Shown here: one piece after another, positions 26,673-40,560 of the stretch | How the letters are laid out: the number at the start of each line of letters is the position of its first letter | Numbering within the stretch: position 1 is the stretch's first letter | From: Lama guanicoe | Lineage: Eukaryota | NCBI GenBank assembly: GCA_013239625.1 | Contig: MU053487.1 | Span: 887,058-951,057 of the forward strand | Direction of reading: 5' to 3' | DNA: 64,000 nt | Program-made: the position numbers and the translations under genes | Notes under the pieces: generated by a model | What the model saw: only the letters and a program-made list of their open reading frames with translations | Told to the model about the DNA's origin: nothing | Database searches by the model: none

Positions 26673-28973
26673 ATGGTTTCTCTTTCCTGTCCGCAACGCT
26701 GTCTCCTTAAGACAAAATTCTTTCCCTTCTTCAGCATTGCCTTGGAAGTAAATATTTGGTACTTGATCATTTTGGTTTGGAGAGCCAGCCCCTCAGTTTC
26801 CAAGTTTCCAGCCTACCCTGACACATCCTCATTTCCAAGAAGAGCACATGCAGGAGACATTTCTTCATTCATGTAGGACTTTGTATTGCTGTAGCCTTTG
26901 TGTCTACCATACTGTTCCACCTACAGCAGACACTCATGAAGTGTGTAATAATGTGTGAACACAAACACAGTAGGGGACATGAAGCAAAACTTGCAGTTAT
27001 TACCCCCTCTCTTGTCTCCCTGTTATATTGGTCCACAGAGACTTGCATTGGAACATAAACCTCTAAAGTCAGGAAAAGTATCAGTGCAACTTCCTGGTGA
27101 CTTGAAAAACCCTCAGTGTTATAGCTAATCATAGAGGTTGGGTCAGAATTCATCTTTGAACCAGGAGAGAGGCAGCCACTGCCACATTCTGACCAGTTAC
27201 TCTTGACTTGATAAGGGAGATTTTTCTTATGGCTTCATTAACATGGAGTCTGACTTTGTGATTAGGAAGTCATTCTCTGTATAATCCCATGCCACGCTGA
27301 ACCCTATACCATGAATAATAATTATTATTCCCACTGAATAATAATAATTTAGGTAGTTTTAATTTTGAGAACTTTAGAACATATGGTTTATTAATAAAGC
27401 AACATAACTAAAGTTTAATTAATAATTAAAAACAGGCATCTTGTTTCAAAGAAAAAACTTAGTCATTTTTAAGTACATCTAAGTCTGTGATTCTTTACTG
27501 GGGGAACCCTAAATCTTTAGAAGCGCTTAAAGTACTCATTCCTAGAATATCCAACAAATCTTCTTGTTAAACTTAAAAGCCAGAGTCTTGGTCACTCTTG
27601 GATACACCTTGGGCATCTAAAAATTGCGTATTTTTGACCGAAAAGACCTGTAGCTTTCATCAGATTGTAGAGGTCATTGACTTAAAATAGATCAGCAACC
27701 CCTATGTTGTTTTCCAGTGTCACTGACACTAACAAAACCCTCCCTGGCTGCCCCTCTAGCACTCCTGGTCTAAGAAGAGGCTTACCCAGAATTAGAGAAT
27801 TGAAATTCAGAGTCAGATGATCTGACTTTAATCACTTGTGATGTTTTCCATTTGCATCAACAAACCCTGCAGAGGAAGAGTTGAACTGAAGACTCTGAAG
27901 GCCAGGTTCAGACATTTTATCTTTAAGGAGTTCAGGCCCTCATCCTTTCTCCCTGGGGTTATCTTGATGCCTTCTAACTGCTCGTCAGCTTTCGGTCTCA
28001 TCCTTTACTGTCCTGACTCCTCAATCTTGCCATAGTGAACTTTTCAAAAGACAAAACCGAGAATATTCCTGGGGTTTATAGTTCGATCCTACCTGCCTTT
28101 TTAGTTGCTTCTGGTCTCCTGCACCCAACGATCAAGGCAGCTGAGTGTTTTGCCTTTCAACCCCGTGAGCAGGAACCTGAGTGCCCTTCCTGCCCTTGCC
28201 TGCCTTGAAACTCATTCATCCTTCAGCATTCAGCCCAGACTCTGTGTTTTCTGGGACACCTTCAGAATATCCAGACTGACTTAGGCTGCATCAGCTCAGA
28301 TCCCACGGTACCTTGTACAGATGTTAAAGCTCCAGTCAGTTTCTCTTGTCGTTCTTGTCTGTCTCCCTCAGGACTCTATGACTGTCTTCTGTTCATGAAT
28401 GAATGGAAAGACCACTGGAGAGTGAATGACAACTTGGTTCTTTTGATTCCATTAAATCAGAAAGTGTGCTAATTTATGTGAATTGGCTGGATGATGCTTC
28501 CAAAGGGGTGGGGGAACATTTAAACCATTTTCTTTTTCCCCCAGGGGCAGTAACCATGAAACACCAGAGATACCCCAAAAGAGCATGGGTCTTTGCCAGA
28601 ATTGATGTAAGAAACAAAACTACAATGAGATTCTTTAACTACTAGAGAGGAAAATGTTTCTAACCACTTCTGTACTTCTAAGACCTTAATTTTCTTAGTA
28701 AATTCAGAGTTTTGATTTTATGTAATACTTGTCAGTTCATTACAGTAAGTATACAAGGTTTTATCAGCATTCTTTTGATCATTTTTCATAATTGAAAGTA
28801 ATGCAGTGTCATGTCTTAAAAAGTGGTCTATATATTTCAGTTTTTAAAGTTCATTCTGTTTTCTTTCATTTATTCCCTTATTCTCTCAGAAATGATGAGG
28901 GCCTTGAGAGAAATTTTAAATCTGTCCTAAATGTTCATAAACTGCTTTTGACTACATGAGACGTCTCTTATTT

Positions 28974-29035
28974 TATATATATATATATACACACACACAC
29001 ATACACAAAAGATACACATACATATATATATACAC
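28974..29035. repeat. Compound (TA)n/(CA)n microsatellite
   Basis: Directly visible. Confidence 0.9.
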
Positions 29036-31759
29036 AACTTTGTATTATATATAAAATTATACATGCTAGTGCTGTATAATTACATTTTTAAACCATCTTT
29101 GTTCTTATCAGGGCAACTTTTAGAGAAATGTACACACACATTAGGACTTTCAGTTTAATAGCACATGAAGGAGCCACAATGGTAATTCACATTTTTTCTT
29201 AGTATTTTTTCCCACCTCCTCCTCATTATCATTATGAATAACATGCTTAGACCATGGAGTGTCCACCAGTCTGCTGCAAAATGAGAAAACTGTCATTTAT
29301 TCCAAAGGTGCTTATACTTCATAAAGAGCTGCTGACAAATTTAAAGCAAGGGAATGAGGAACATCAGTTACATTTTTGGAAGGATTATCTGGCCATGATG
29401 TTCACATTGACTTGTGTCAGGGCTGGAGTCTGTTGTACTCCTCAGTCTGGAGTATGTGTTGTTCTGGCCAGTGGGCCACCACCACAGCCTTCTCTTGACT
29501 CTCTCCACTTCTCTTCTTGAACGCGTCAGAATTAATGAACAATTAGACATTTCCCCACTCATCCCACACCCTCTCTGCCCTTTTCTGCACCTGGCTGGTT
29601 TATTCCACCTGTCACCTCTAGGGGGAGCCTTCCCAACTTCTCCAGCCTGGACAATGCCCCCCTCCTAGGGCTGGTGTCTTCCCTCTGTTAACAGCGTAGG
29701 CATCATAGACAAATCTTGCTTACCCATCTCCTTGTAGGACTTTAACCCAACTGATTATTCAACCCACATCATTCATGTGGTCTGTCATTAATGTGGCCTA
29801 ACTCAGTGTCTGCTCATGGTAGGTTCTGTGAGTGAACTGGAGAGTGGATGAATGTGGTGAGATTAGAGGTAAAAAGACTAGATAGGGAGCTGGTCTGAAT
29901 GCCAGGTAATCAGGATTTGACTTTGGAAATGATGGGAACGTGTGGATTGGAGGCTCTGTTTGATATTTCGGGCGTGGCCTGAGGATAGCAACTCCTGACT
30001 GAAAGTCAGGAGTGGTGGAGGAGAGCATCAAAAGTGATAGAAGTTTTTGGCTTGCTTCATAAGAATATCTGCTGGGAGTGAAAATATGGGGGTTGCAAGG
30101 GGGGAGAAATAATTTTAGGGTAAAAAACATTGGCTTTATAGAAGTTGAATTTAATATAGTACATAATACTGTAACCGTTAAGATAGCTTTGACTTTTTTC
30201 TATCTGAGGTTTCTCTTTTTTGTTGAACCTAAATTTTCAATATGTAATTTAAACCCAGTTTGATACAAAATTTTCTTCCTTTCTTGCTTTAGACTCCTGA
30301 ATAAATCTGTTTGCTTTAAAGGGAGAAATAAATATTTGAAAAGAGTAAACAGTTGAAAAATTAAAATATGAATAATTTACATGCTGGATGTCGGTTATTT
30401 TGTTGATTGCTAAATTATGTGTTCATTGAATGCTGACTATGTTTAAATATCTCCTTCAGTGTTGCTAAGGGAAACATTCTTACCTGACTTTTGTGTATAG
30501 ACTTTTTGTTTATATTGTTCCCAGTTTATTTTTGAAAGAATAATAGCTATTATTTTTCATAAACATATGCTGATTTTTTAAATAAAAAATGCAGTAAATT
30601 GGGGCATGCAAAGAAGAACAAATGACCTAAGGCCCCAATACTGAGAAACAACTGTTTTTAATATTTAGTAAACTCAGTTTCATATATCCCTTTATTAAAA
30701 TATTTGTAGATAGGAGGCGAGATAGAGAAGACAGACAGAAAATAAAGATTTGGGTTCAGAAAGTATTAAACATAATCCTTTTTTAATTTGCAGAGATAAA
30801 TTTGTAGTGAAATTAAAGAAACCAGTGATGTCATAATTCTCACAGTAGCTTAGACTAAGTTTTCTATGTAAATGAACTTGATGCTGACTACCCATGTCCT
30901 TGCTGTATGTTTCTCCTTTCCTGCTATGTATATTTTTACAGATTTCTTTGCTATCAGAATCTCATCCTCTAGTTCTTTTCACAAGAAAGTCCCACAAGCG
31001 CTTGATTTTCTAAGTTATTACATACTAGAGAATGTCTATTTGTTGCTTTTATACTTTCTATTTGAAGGAATACTTGTGGAGTATTTTTCCCTCAGAACAT
31101 TGGAATCACTTATCTGTTTTCTGATAGTATTGCTTTGTGTAAATCTGAGAGCAACTTTTATTTTTCTACTGGAATGCTGGTGTGATATTTCCTTTTTAGC
31201 TATTGTGTTTTAAACTACAGCTCATGTATGGAGAAATCTACAGCACACAAAATGAGTGCTTATGTAGCCCTCAGCCAGGTCAAGAAATAGGATATTGCCA
31301 GCATCCCCTGCTCCCTTCTTCAGATTTGCAAAATCATCGCAATACAAGTGGCTTCTCCTGGAGGGCTTACCTTCTTGTGTCTGTGACTTTTCCCAGCTCT
31401 TGTGACAGTAATTCTTTTTCTACCCTACTACCTTTTCATTGCCTTCCAGCATACTTTTAAGAAGTATTTATCCAGCTTTTCCATTAGTCATTGTCAGTGG
31501 AAGGGCTGTTCTGGATTACACAGTCCACCATCACCAGAAGCTGAACTCCCCGACGTGGTTCTTTAACCTTGAATTTCAGTGATTTTGGTAGGATTTGATT
31601 CTGGTGTTCATTGTTACTTACTTATCTATTTTTTTGAGGGGAGGGAAGGTTACTGCCCTTTTCATCTGCAAATTCAATTCTTTATGTCTAGAAATTCTTC
31701 TTTTCAATTATTGAATTCTTGCTGTACCATTGATTTCTTCTATATCACCATCTCTATAA

Positions 31760-32470
31760 TCAATTTTTGATAACAACATCTAATTGAAGTGTTGCCTATA
31801 TACAGAAAAGTTTTCAAATTTTAGGTGTATGGCTTGATGAATTTTTACAAACTGAACACATCCGTGTAATGAATACTAAGTTTAAGAGACTCAGTTTCTC
31901 CAAAAGCCTCTCTTCTGATTCTTTGTCCCCTCTCTACTCTCTCCAGAACTGTCCCCTACTTCTAACACCATAGATTAGTTATATCTGAGTGTGAACTTTC
32001 TATGAGGGGAATTGCACTGTATTTTATTTCACACTTGTGTTTACGCAACAATATATAAGTGAGTTTCATCCGTGTTGCAATGTGTGGGTGTTTATTATTG
32101 TTACTGCATAGTATTCCATTGTTTAACTATATTACAATTTATTAACCTTCCTTTAATAGACTTCAGAGTGTTTCCAGTTTTGGGCTATTGTGAAGATTGC
32201 TGTTATGTACCTTCTAGTACATATCTTTTCGTGAGCATGTTTATGCACATTTCTTTTGCATACTTTCCTAAGAGTGGAATTGCTGGGTCATAGACTAGGC
32301 AGGTGTACAACTTTAGGAGATATCATGAGGCAGTTTTCCAAATGTTTCTACCAATTTACACTCCCACCAGCACCGTATGTTACAAGAGTTCCAATTTTTC
32401 CACATTATTACCCTTACTTGCTAATGGTTCTCTTTTTCATTTTTGTCATTCTGCTGAATGGGTGGTTTTT
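31760..32470 (-). mobile_element. Old L1 3' fragment (L1MC/ME-like)
   Basis: gatgaatttttacaaactgaacacatcc, gtattccattgttt, cctaagagtggaattgctgggtcata, ccaatttacactcccaccagca. Confidence 0.85.
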
Positions 32471-35400
32471 TTTTTTAAATCAACTTTATTCATTTCTTTC
32501 CAGTTTGTGTTCTGGATTTCCAAGGGCTTAATTCTGTATCCCTGACTACATGACCTCTCTTTTCTAGATCTCACTTCTTTCGTCTATTAAGAAGTATACT
32601 ATCCTAAATGTTGAAACAGTGGCAAATAAGTTTCTAAACTTTGTATTTCTCCTTTTCACATCTAGCATACTCTTTCTGGATTTCTCAAATAGTTTTTTTT
32701 TTTCAAGTGTGTGATGAATTATCATGATGCCAACTTCCTTTGATGTAAACTCAACCTGTATTTTCTGACTTCTTTCTTGAGACAATCTGGGGAGATGGCA
32801 AGTAACATTGTAGCTTGACAGAGTGCTGGCATTTTGTTGGGTCATTCTGGAAACACTGATCACTCAATATCATTCAATGAACTTTTAAGTGCACCACTTT
32901 CTTTGATTCAAATTTGACCTAAAAGGAATTACTGGAAAGGGCAGAGTGTGAGTGTTGGAGTTTGAACCCAGCCTGTTCTGAATACCTCTCATTTTCTTTC
33001 TATGGCTCTTCTAACATTCAGCACTTTGATTTCCTGAATACTGAGGGGCATAGGGCTATGCACAGTATCATTTTATACCTTCTTGTTAACCTTCACTGAG
33101 GAGCTGTGTAAATAAAACACAACTAAGCTATAGATAGACCCTATCTGATGTTCCAAAGAGCTGTATGATGATTATCCTACAGCTCCTTCTCAAACAGGAA
33201 GAATGCCTCCCAAAGGCAAGCCGTCAATCTGCTCCTTGGCACATCCTGGAGCCCTGGAGTTGGCCAATGTTGGGGAATTGCTACCCGATTTTTCCTTGGT
33301 TGGAAATGACTCTGCCTGTTTATATTTTTCTGCATTCATGCTACTTTCTGAGCTCACTTGTTGCTTATTCTGCCACTGATCATAGTAACAACAAAGAAGA
33401 AACCACCAAGTTTTGGCTTTATCTGTTTTCTTGATCTCATTCATGCCTGAAATAAGGAATATTAGTGACTGTAGTGACAAAAGATTTTATTCACAGAGGT
33501 TTCTTTTTAGAGGTAGTTTTAAGTGATGGGCTTTAAAGATGGAGAGAGTCTAGATCATAATCCTCACTATCCTGTTCCCTGTCTGAAAAAAAAAGTCTCA
33601 GCATTCCAAGACCAGAGAGGCAGTAAAGCTTTCCAATAACCATTCTAGTAACTTGTATTCTAGTTACAATTTTACTTGACCTACCTAAGTTTTCCCTATC
33701 TTGTCCCCTTAGCCAAGATGGAGACGTGGTCTCCGTGAAGGGATTGATGGGTTTGTTATTGATGTGACCATCAGAAACATCTCTGTTGGAGGGACGTGGA
33801 GGTTGAAGTATTTGAGTCTTCTGATATGGAAGCTTTTCCCTGGGGAAACATCTGTGCAAAATACCCATATGAGAATTTCTTACAAAGCTTTGAGACCTGC
33901 TCTGAATGGGCTCAGGGTGGCTTCAGAAGAGGGACGAGGACACAAACACAGGGACCAAATCAAGCTTTGTGTGAAACCTTTGGTGACGTCACCATCTGCA
34001 CTTTTGATGTGTGGTGTTGCTGCTCATGATCTCACTGGGGAAAGCACAAAAGGAAGTGTCTCTCTGGCTTCTTCCCTGGAGAAACACAATCCCTGCTTCC
34101 TCCAAGGCCTGCTAACCAGGCAGCATTAGGGAACGAACGACTGACTTCCCAGTTCTTCCTATTTTGTGAATATGTGTGTAGCAGGGGTGGGGGTAGGGGG
34201 ACATCAAAACCTGATGAAAGAGAAAATAATGCATCTAAACTCCTTGATACATGGGTTTAGTGTGCTTTGATGAGACCTGCTTGGAATACCTGTGCCTCAT
34301 TCAGTCCTTATTGTATTTCTTGGTTTTCATAGACTATACTGCATAGGCCTTAAAAAAATTTAAGAAAAAGAGGCTGATATGTAAAGCAGTTCTTGAAAGA
34401 GTATTTAGGGGCCTTTTGGAACTGGGCCATAGCAGGATGATAACACCCTCAGGCTGCCAACAGCATGATGCAGGTGAGATGGACAGGTGCCAACGTGGGT
34501 TCTCTCCTAGGTTGTCAGGCCACCTGGCAACAAGGTCACAGTAGATCCCCTGGAAGCAGCTGCCCTCAGGAGGCCACAGGTGTGTGAAGATGGCTCTTTA
34601 CTCACGATGGTCTCTCCCAAGATCCCCATTGACATCTGAAACGTATTTAAGCGTTGTTTCTCTGATACCTATGACTATAGGCTGGTTGAACAAGTGAGCT
34701 CAACTTGCAGGCCATTAAAAATTGGAAGAGAGGAAGCCTAAGATACAGAAATGCTTCCTAATGAGTGCAGTGAATTCAACTTGCTTTCAAAAATCCTTGT
34801 AAATATCCCAGGGCTGCATTAAAATATTCTTTCTTTAAAAGAGACATATTTTTATTCCTTGCTGGAGAAAAAAAATCATACAGTTCTTTTGGATCTATTT
34901 TTGAGTAAATGAGTGGGGAGCAGGTGTGGTCTGGCTCCTGGTCTGTCCACTCTCATGGATAACTGGACTTCCTCTACAGGAAAGAGAGGGAGTTCGTCCA
35001 TGGAAGAGTGGATTCCAACACAACACATTTTTGGTAACAGACTTCAGAAAGCTCAGATTTCACCTCTTCTCTTTGGCAGGACGTAATCTCTGCCACTCTT
35101 TCTAGAAACAGATCCAGCCCAGTCACTAGGACCTGACAGTTGGCTGAAACGTTGTGCTGAGGGAGGCCTTTTAGCGTCCCCATCTCAGACAAATTAGGTA
35201 GCCCAGCTGGAACAGCTGAGGGGCAGTATTTGGAGGTGGCTGTTCGGTGAGGTTCCGGCAGCCCAGAGAGGTAGCCAGCATGAGACTCTAAATGTGAAGA
35301 AATTACTCTGGGAGCCTGGATGAAAAAAGAAATAAAATAATGTCAATTTAAATTAAATTAAAAGAAAAAAGAAAACTGGGGAGATATTTTTGAACAAATA

Positions 35401-36610
35401 TGTAGGGTAGAAGGTTCATATCTTTAATGTGTAAAAAGCTCTTACAAATTGAGAACTAGATAAATATCCTTAAAGAAAACAGGCAGTTGATAGAAAAGGA
35501 AATGCAAGTTGTCAGGAAACAGAAAAGAAACAACTCTGACCTCTCACTAATCTTATTAGTTAAGCAACGATCGGTTTTTGGAAAAGCTGACTGAGTGAAG
35601 AAAGATAATCAATTAACTCAAGGCGGTAGAGAGAGAGGAGATTCAGATGGCAGACTCTGGGATAGAACTATTTGAGTTAAAAACACGTTCCTACCACTTT
35701 CTAAGTGCTAATCTCAGTCTATTTCTCAGTCCTCAGTGCCAACATTTATAAATAACAGGGGTGGCCTTTACATGATCACTGCTCAAAGCAAATGAGAAAG
35801 CCATGCCCATCTAAAAGTTACAGAAGCTTATCTAAGCATTGTATCTCTCTGTCCCTCTGTCTGTTTATCTGTATCTGCCCTCCACCATTTATCTCTTTCT
35901 TTCTAATTATATTTTTATCTCTCTATGTAAAGAGGGCATGGGTAGGTGGAGAGAGAAAGAGAATTATGTCCAAAGATAGTACAGTCATTAAAACTTGTGA
36001 AGATTTAAGTCTACATTTTTACAAAGAATATTTAAACCAAAATATATATAACGTCTATAATAAAATTAATAAAACTTGATGTAAACAATGACAAATAGTA
36101 TAGTGAAGGCAGTTTGTTAGCCAGTCATCCAGGTAATTGATGCTCAGGTAGACTCTGAAGTCTCAGTGGCTTAGCAAGATTAAAGTCTGTTTTTCTGTCA
36201 TGGCACAGCTAGCTGTAGCCATGCCATCTGAAACATATGGCCTCCAAGGTTGCCATAGCAAGGGAAGAAAGCAAGTTGAAGGGTTTAGACTTCTAAAAAA
36301 TCAAAAAAGTCATTTTTTGCCCACATTCCACTGGAGAAAAGTTAGCCATGTTGTCCAGACCTAACTGCAGAGGAGACTGGAAAATTGGGAGCAGTCCATG
36401 AAGATTGGATGAGCATTACTGATCTCTGCCTTTGATAGAGTATAAATAGGACCGAGGGCTCCAGGATGACACAGTTTCACCATGAACATTTTAGGACCGT
36501 CTTCAGAGTTTGTTCCATTATAACAATCCCTTGCAATAACACCATCATCTGGGAGTAGGTTGGAGAGTATTGATCTCACTCCTCCATTTTCATGAAAAGT
36601 TGTCCAACTG

Positions 36611-36648
36611 TAATAATAATAGTAACAACAACAACAGTAACAACAATA
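36611..36648. repeat. (TAA)/(CAA) trinucleotide repeat
   Basis: taataataatagtaacaacaacaacagtaacaacaata. Explains the poly-Leu in the minus-strand ORF. Confidence 0.85.
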
Positions 36649-37736
36649 GATCTGAGGATTTTTTTAAGTATCTTCTTTTGAATTCTTGCCTTAGGGCTAG
36701 TTGAAATAAAGAATATTTGGAAGTGAGTGTGTGGGAGTTCACCTTAATATATTTTAATTCTTGGATCAAGCAGAACAAGTCTACATGCTCTGTAGATCCT
36801 CTGTGTTACACTCTCCCCTCCCCCTTCATTGCCTTTCTCTCCCTGTCCTACCAGACTGCTTTCAGAGAATTGCTCTTTAGTTTCATGCTTAAAGGTCCTA
36901 ATGAGACCCATCACTGAATTTGCAGTTTGGTTACTATCTGCAGTACCTCTCAGTGGTCCATACGTGAACCTCCAAGTGAGAAATTTCCGTCAGTGCTGAA
37001 TTTTAAGAAAAGCTTGGCTTTTTTTTTTTTTGAAGGATGCTGTATTTTATTCATTTACTCATTTTTCTTCATGCTTTCCTTTTTTCTTTAATCACCAAGA
37101 AGTGCCATCAAATTGTTGGTTCACCTAGCACAACTAGGACGTTAAGGGCTACAAATATGTATTGCACCCACCCTCTCTCTTATGCTCATCTTTCATTTAG
37201 ATTTATATTTTTGAGTCTTGAATTTTTATTTTTACTTATGTTTTAGTGTTGTAATATGTGTTTTAAAGTTACCTTAAATTCTATGCCCTAAATTCGCCCT
37301 GATGAATCAGCCAGCCCAGGAAGCTTCCAGGGATGATTATTGGAAGGGCTCTTTTGATATAGAAGGTTGGGGCACATTTGGCTACGTGGCCAAACTTTAC
37401 AGAAAAGTATGAATTTATTGGGTTTTCTTGTGTGCATATACTATTAAAGAGCAAGGCTTGGAAGATAGGATGTTTATAGGAGGTGAAGAGATAAGTGACA
37501 GCCAATTTAATAAGGAAAACAAATAGAGGCCTTTTAGGATTCACAGTGGGTATGAGCATTCTTCTATTCGAGAAGAATACTTCACTAATGGGTGGGGAAT
37601 TGAAGTGCCTTGACTGGACTGTTAATATCTCTATAAAGATGACATTCATGAGTGGAAAAAAAAAACAGGATTTGCCCATTTCTCAGAATGTAGAATGTTA
37701 TAGATAGAGCAGTATTAGATTATAGACTATGACCTA

Positions 37737-37750
37737 GTTTCCATAGCAAC
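37737..37750. promoter_or_regulatory. RFX X-box motif
   Basis: GTTTCCATAGCAAC closely matches the palindromic RFX consensus GTTNCCATGGNAAC and lies in apparently repeat-free DNA. Function is unproven. Confidence 0.5.
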
Positions 37751-38950
37751 GACATTCGTTATCTTATCTCATTCTTTCCTAAGTTACCCAGTTTAACTGC
37801 CCTATCTCTTTTATCACACCTCCCCCTCGTTAAACACTTACCAGATCCCTTTCTGTTGCTATGTAGGCAGTGTAATAGCTTTCACAGCTGCTTGCTGAAT
37901 GAAATGGGGAAAAAAAAACAGACACACACTTTGGGAGCGTGTGTAAGGAGAGGAATTTCAGCAATATTTCAGGATCAAGGGATGCTAGTGGCAGGTATGT
38001 GTTCTATATATATATATACCCACAGTGCATCCCCTGGCACATTTTGCACAAAAATGAGCCCCGTTTTTGGTGCACAGAGCTGCCTTGTGTGTCAGTTTGA
38101 TGGAGTCTGGGTTCTGCTGACAGTGTGACAGGCTATTAATCACATGTGACCAAAATAGCACACAAAGGAGGGCACTCCTGTGTTTTTCCTTCCCTAGGAG
38201 GGAATGGGTGATTTGCTGAAACTCCTTGTCTTTCATCCTATCTGGTTTCCTTTTTTTTTCCCCCCGAGTCTTTGTCTTTATGTCATCCTTCATCCTTATT
38301 GGAGGACTTCTCATTTAGAAATGCAAGGTAGGTGTGTTGTCTTGGGCTGGTGAGGTCACTGGGACCAAGCCAGTGGAATAGGGCTAATGTGAAAAAATAA
38401 TGCTTGTTTCACATCAACTTGTTTCCTCCTAAGACCCATTGCGAGAATCGTATAGCTTCATAATTATTATCTTAATGGCTTTGTCTCACTTGGAAGATAA
38501 AGTAGGTAATATATAATAAGATTTAAAACATGTTTAATGGCCAATCCATGCTGCTAGTTAATACTTATCTTTATGTGATTTACAAATATATAACACTGGC
38601 ATATTTATCATGTTTTTATCTGTTGTTATGTCAGAGTGAGAAAATCACATGATGTTCTGTTGGAAATTTCTAATATGACATAGTGAGACCTTTAGGGTCA
38701 GAGCCTGTTGTCAGATGCCTTGCTTTGGTCAGAAATGAATTGAGTAATTGATGTGTCCAGTCTGTCCATGAAGGGGGATGGCGAACAGAGGGTGGACGTG
38801 ACTTCAGGGTCCCTCTAGCCCAATGTTGGCTTCACTAGTCCTTTGCCTGAGGTTGGCATATGGAGATCTGGAAATGGGTCTGTGCTAGGGAGGTTATGGG
38901 AGAGGGGCAAGGTCAAAACCAGGAGAGCACAGTACAGCCATATTCTTAAG

Positions 38951-39162
38951 CAGGAGTTGGAAAATATTTTCTGTAAAGGGTCAGATAGCCTTTGCAGGTC
39001 TTATGGTTTCTGTTGCCACTATTCAACTCCACTGTTGTGGCATGAAAGCAGTCGTAGATGATAGATAATTGAATGGACATAGCTGTGTTTTAATAAAGCT
39101 TTATTTATAAAAACCAACAGTTGGCTCTATCTGACTGACAGGCTGTAGTTTGCTGATCCCTA
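38951..39162. mobile_element. MER58A-like hAT MITE
   Basis: TIRs CAGGAGTTGGAAAA and TTTGCTGATCCCTA. 8-bp flanks TTCTTAAG and TTTTTAAA match at 6/8. Internal ttttctgtaaagggtcagatag..actattcaactc. Confidence 0.85.
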
Positions 39163-39264
39163 TTTTTAAAATGGTACCAAGTAGACAGTGGTTACTGACA
39201 TGTGGTACTGAACAAGAAGGATGGGTTGATCAACAAATCTAGCAAGTAGAAAAATGAGAAGTAA

Positions 39265-39520
39265 TGGTAAAAACTGACAGTATTTACTGGATGCCAGTCA
39301 CTCTTCTGAGTGTTTTACATGCATTAGCTCGTTGCCTCTATATAACAATACCACCGTGATACAGGTACTGTCTTACTGGCTGGGGAACATGGAGGTTATA
39401 TAATGTTCACAAGACCACATGAAGAGTGAGTGACAGGAATGGGATTCAAACCCAGATTCTGAAATTCAAATCCTGTTTCAAAATTCAAATCAAGTTCTAA
39501 AATCCATGCTGTAAACCATT
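39265..39520 (-). mobile_element. MIR SINE
   Basis: tgagtgttttacatgcattagctc and tgacaggaatgggattcaaacccag. Further MIR remnants at about 11860, 24080, 25015, 40790, 49075, 50370, 51010, 51275, 54822, 59085 and 61730. Confidence 0.7.
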
Positions 39521-39759
39521 GTGGTTTATTGCTCTGCCTAGTGGAGCTGGCAAGTGAGAGGTGATCAGAGGGAATCCTGGAGATGGAGTTCATATGCCTG
39601 CAGTAAACTTTATCTTGTCTCAGAACGTGCATACGACTACACTTAAAAGGCCGGAACGGGATGGACAAGCTGTTTATTGACTACGCCTAGTACCAAACTG
39701 TAGCTGGATGGGACTCCAGAAAGGCAGAGACTGACAGAAGATCTCCACATGACATTAAC

Positions 39760-40560
39760 TGTCTTGGTGTGTGAAATATATCATACACACAGAAGAGTTT
39801 ATATAACATATAAGATGAATGCAAGGAATAAGAATTAAATACGGTTGAACCCACTATCACCCACTTACAAGCAGATCATTATCAAGACTAAAGAAGTCCC
39901 CCGAGCCCCTGATTCCATTCCACTCTTGTCTCCTTCTGAAATAGCCCATTGTTCTCCATTTTAATTAATATTTACATTGTTTTTCTTTATAATTTTATGA
40001 CACAGTTAAGCAATCTAAACAGATTTAGTTTTGTCTTTTATATGGCTGGAATAATACTGCTTTGGTGACTTGATGTTTTTTCTTTCAGCATCAAAACTTT
40101 GAAATTTGCACAATTGCTAAATCTAATGGTAATTCATTTCCATGGCTGTATAATATTTCCATTGTCTCAATATAATAGAGTTTCTTTATTCACCTTGTTA
40201 ATGGGCATTGGGTTTGCTTTAAGCTTTAGTGTATTGGGGGCAGTGCTACTATGAACATTTCCCCATGTGTTTCATATCATGGAGCACAAATGCAAGAATT
40301 TCCTTAGGAAATATTTTTATGAGTGGAATTCCTTGCCCATAGATTGTGAACACATTTAATTTTGAGAGGTCATGCCGAATTATTTTTCAAAGTGGTTATA
40401 CCAATTTTCATGTCCACCTGCAGTGTCTGAAAGTTGGTAAGGCTTCACTCCTTTCCAGCCCTTCAGATTGCTGGGCAAGCAGATGTGAAAGCATCTCTTT
40501 GTGGTTTTAACTTGCATCCCCCTGATAACACTTGAATTAATTTTTTCAGGTTTTAATATT
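39760..40560 (-). mobile_element. Old L1ME-like 3' fragment
   Basis: gagtggaatt, caaagtggttataccaattt, ctttgtggttttaacttgcat. Minus ORF GMQVKTT is an ORF2 remnant. Confidence 0.75.
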
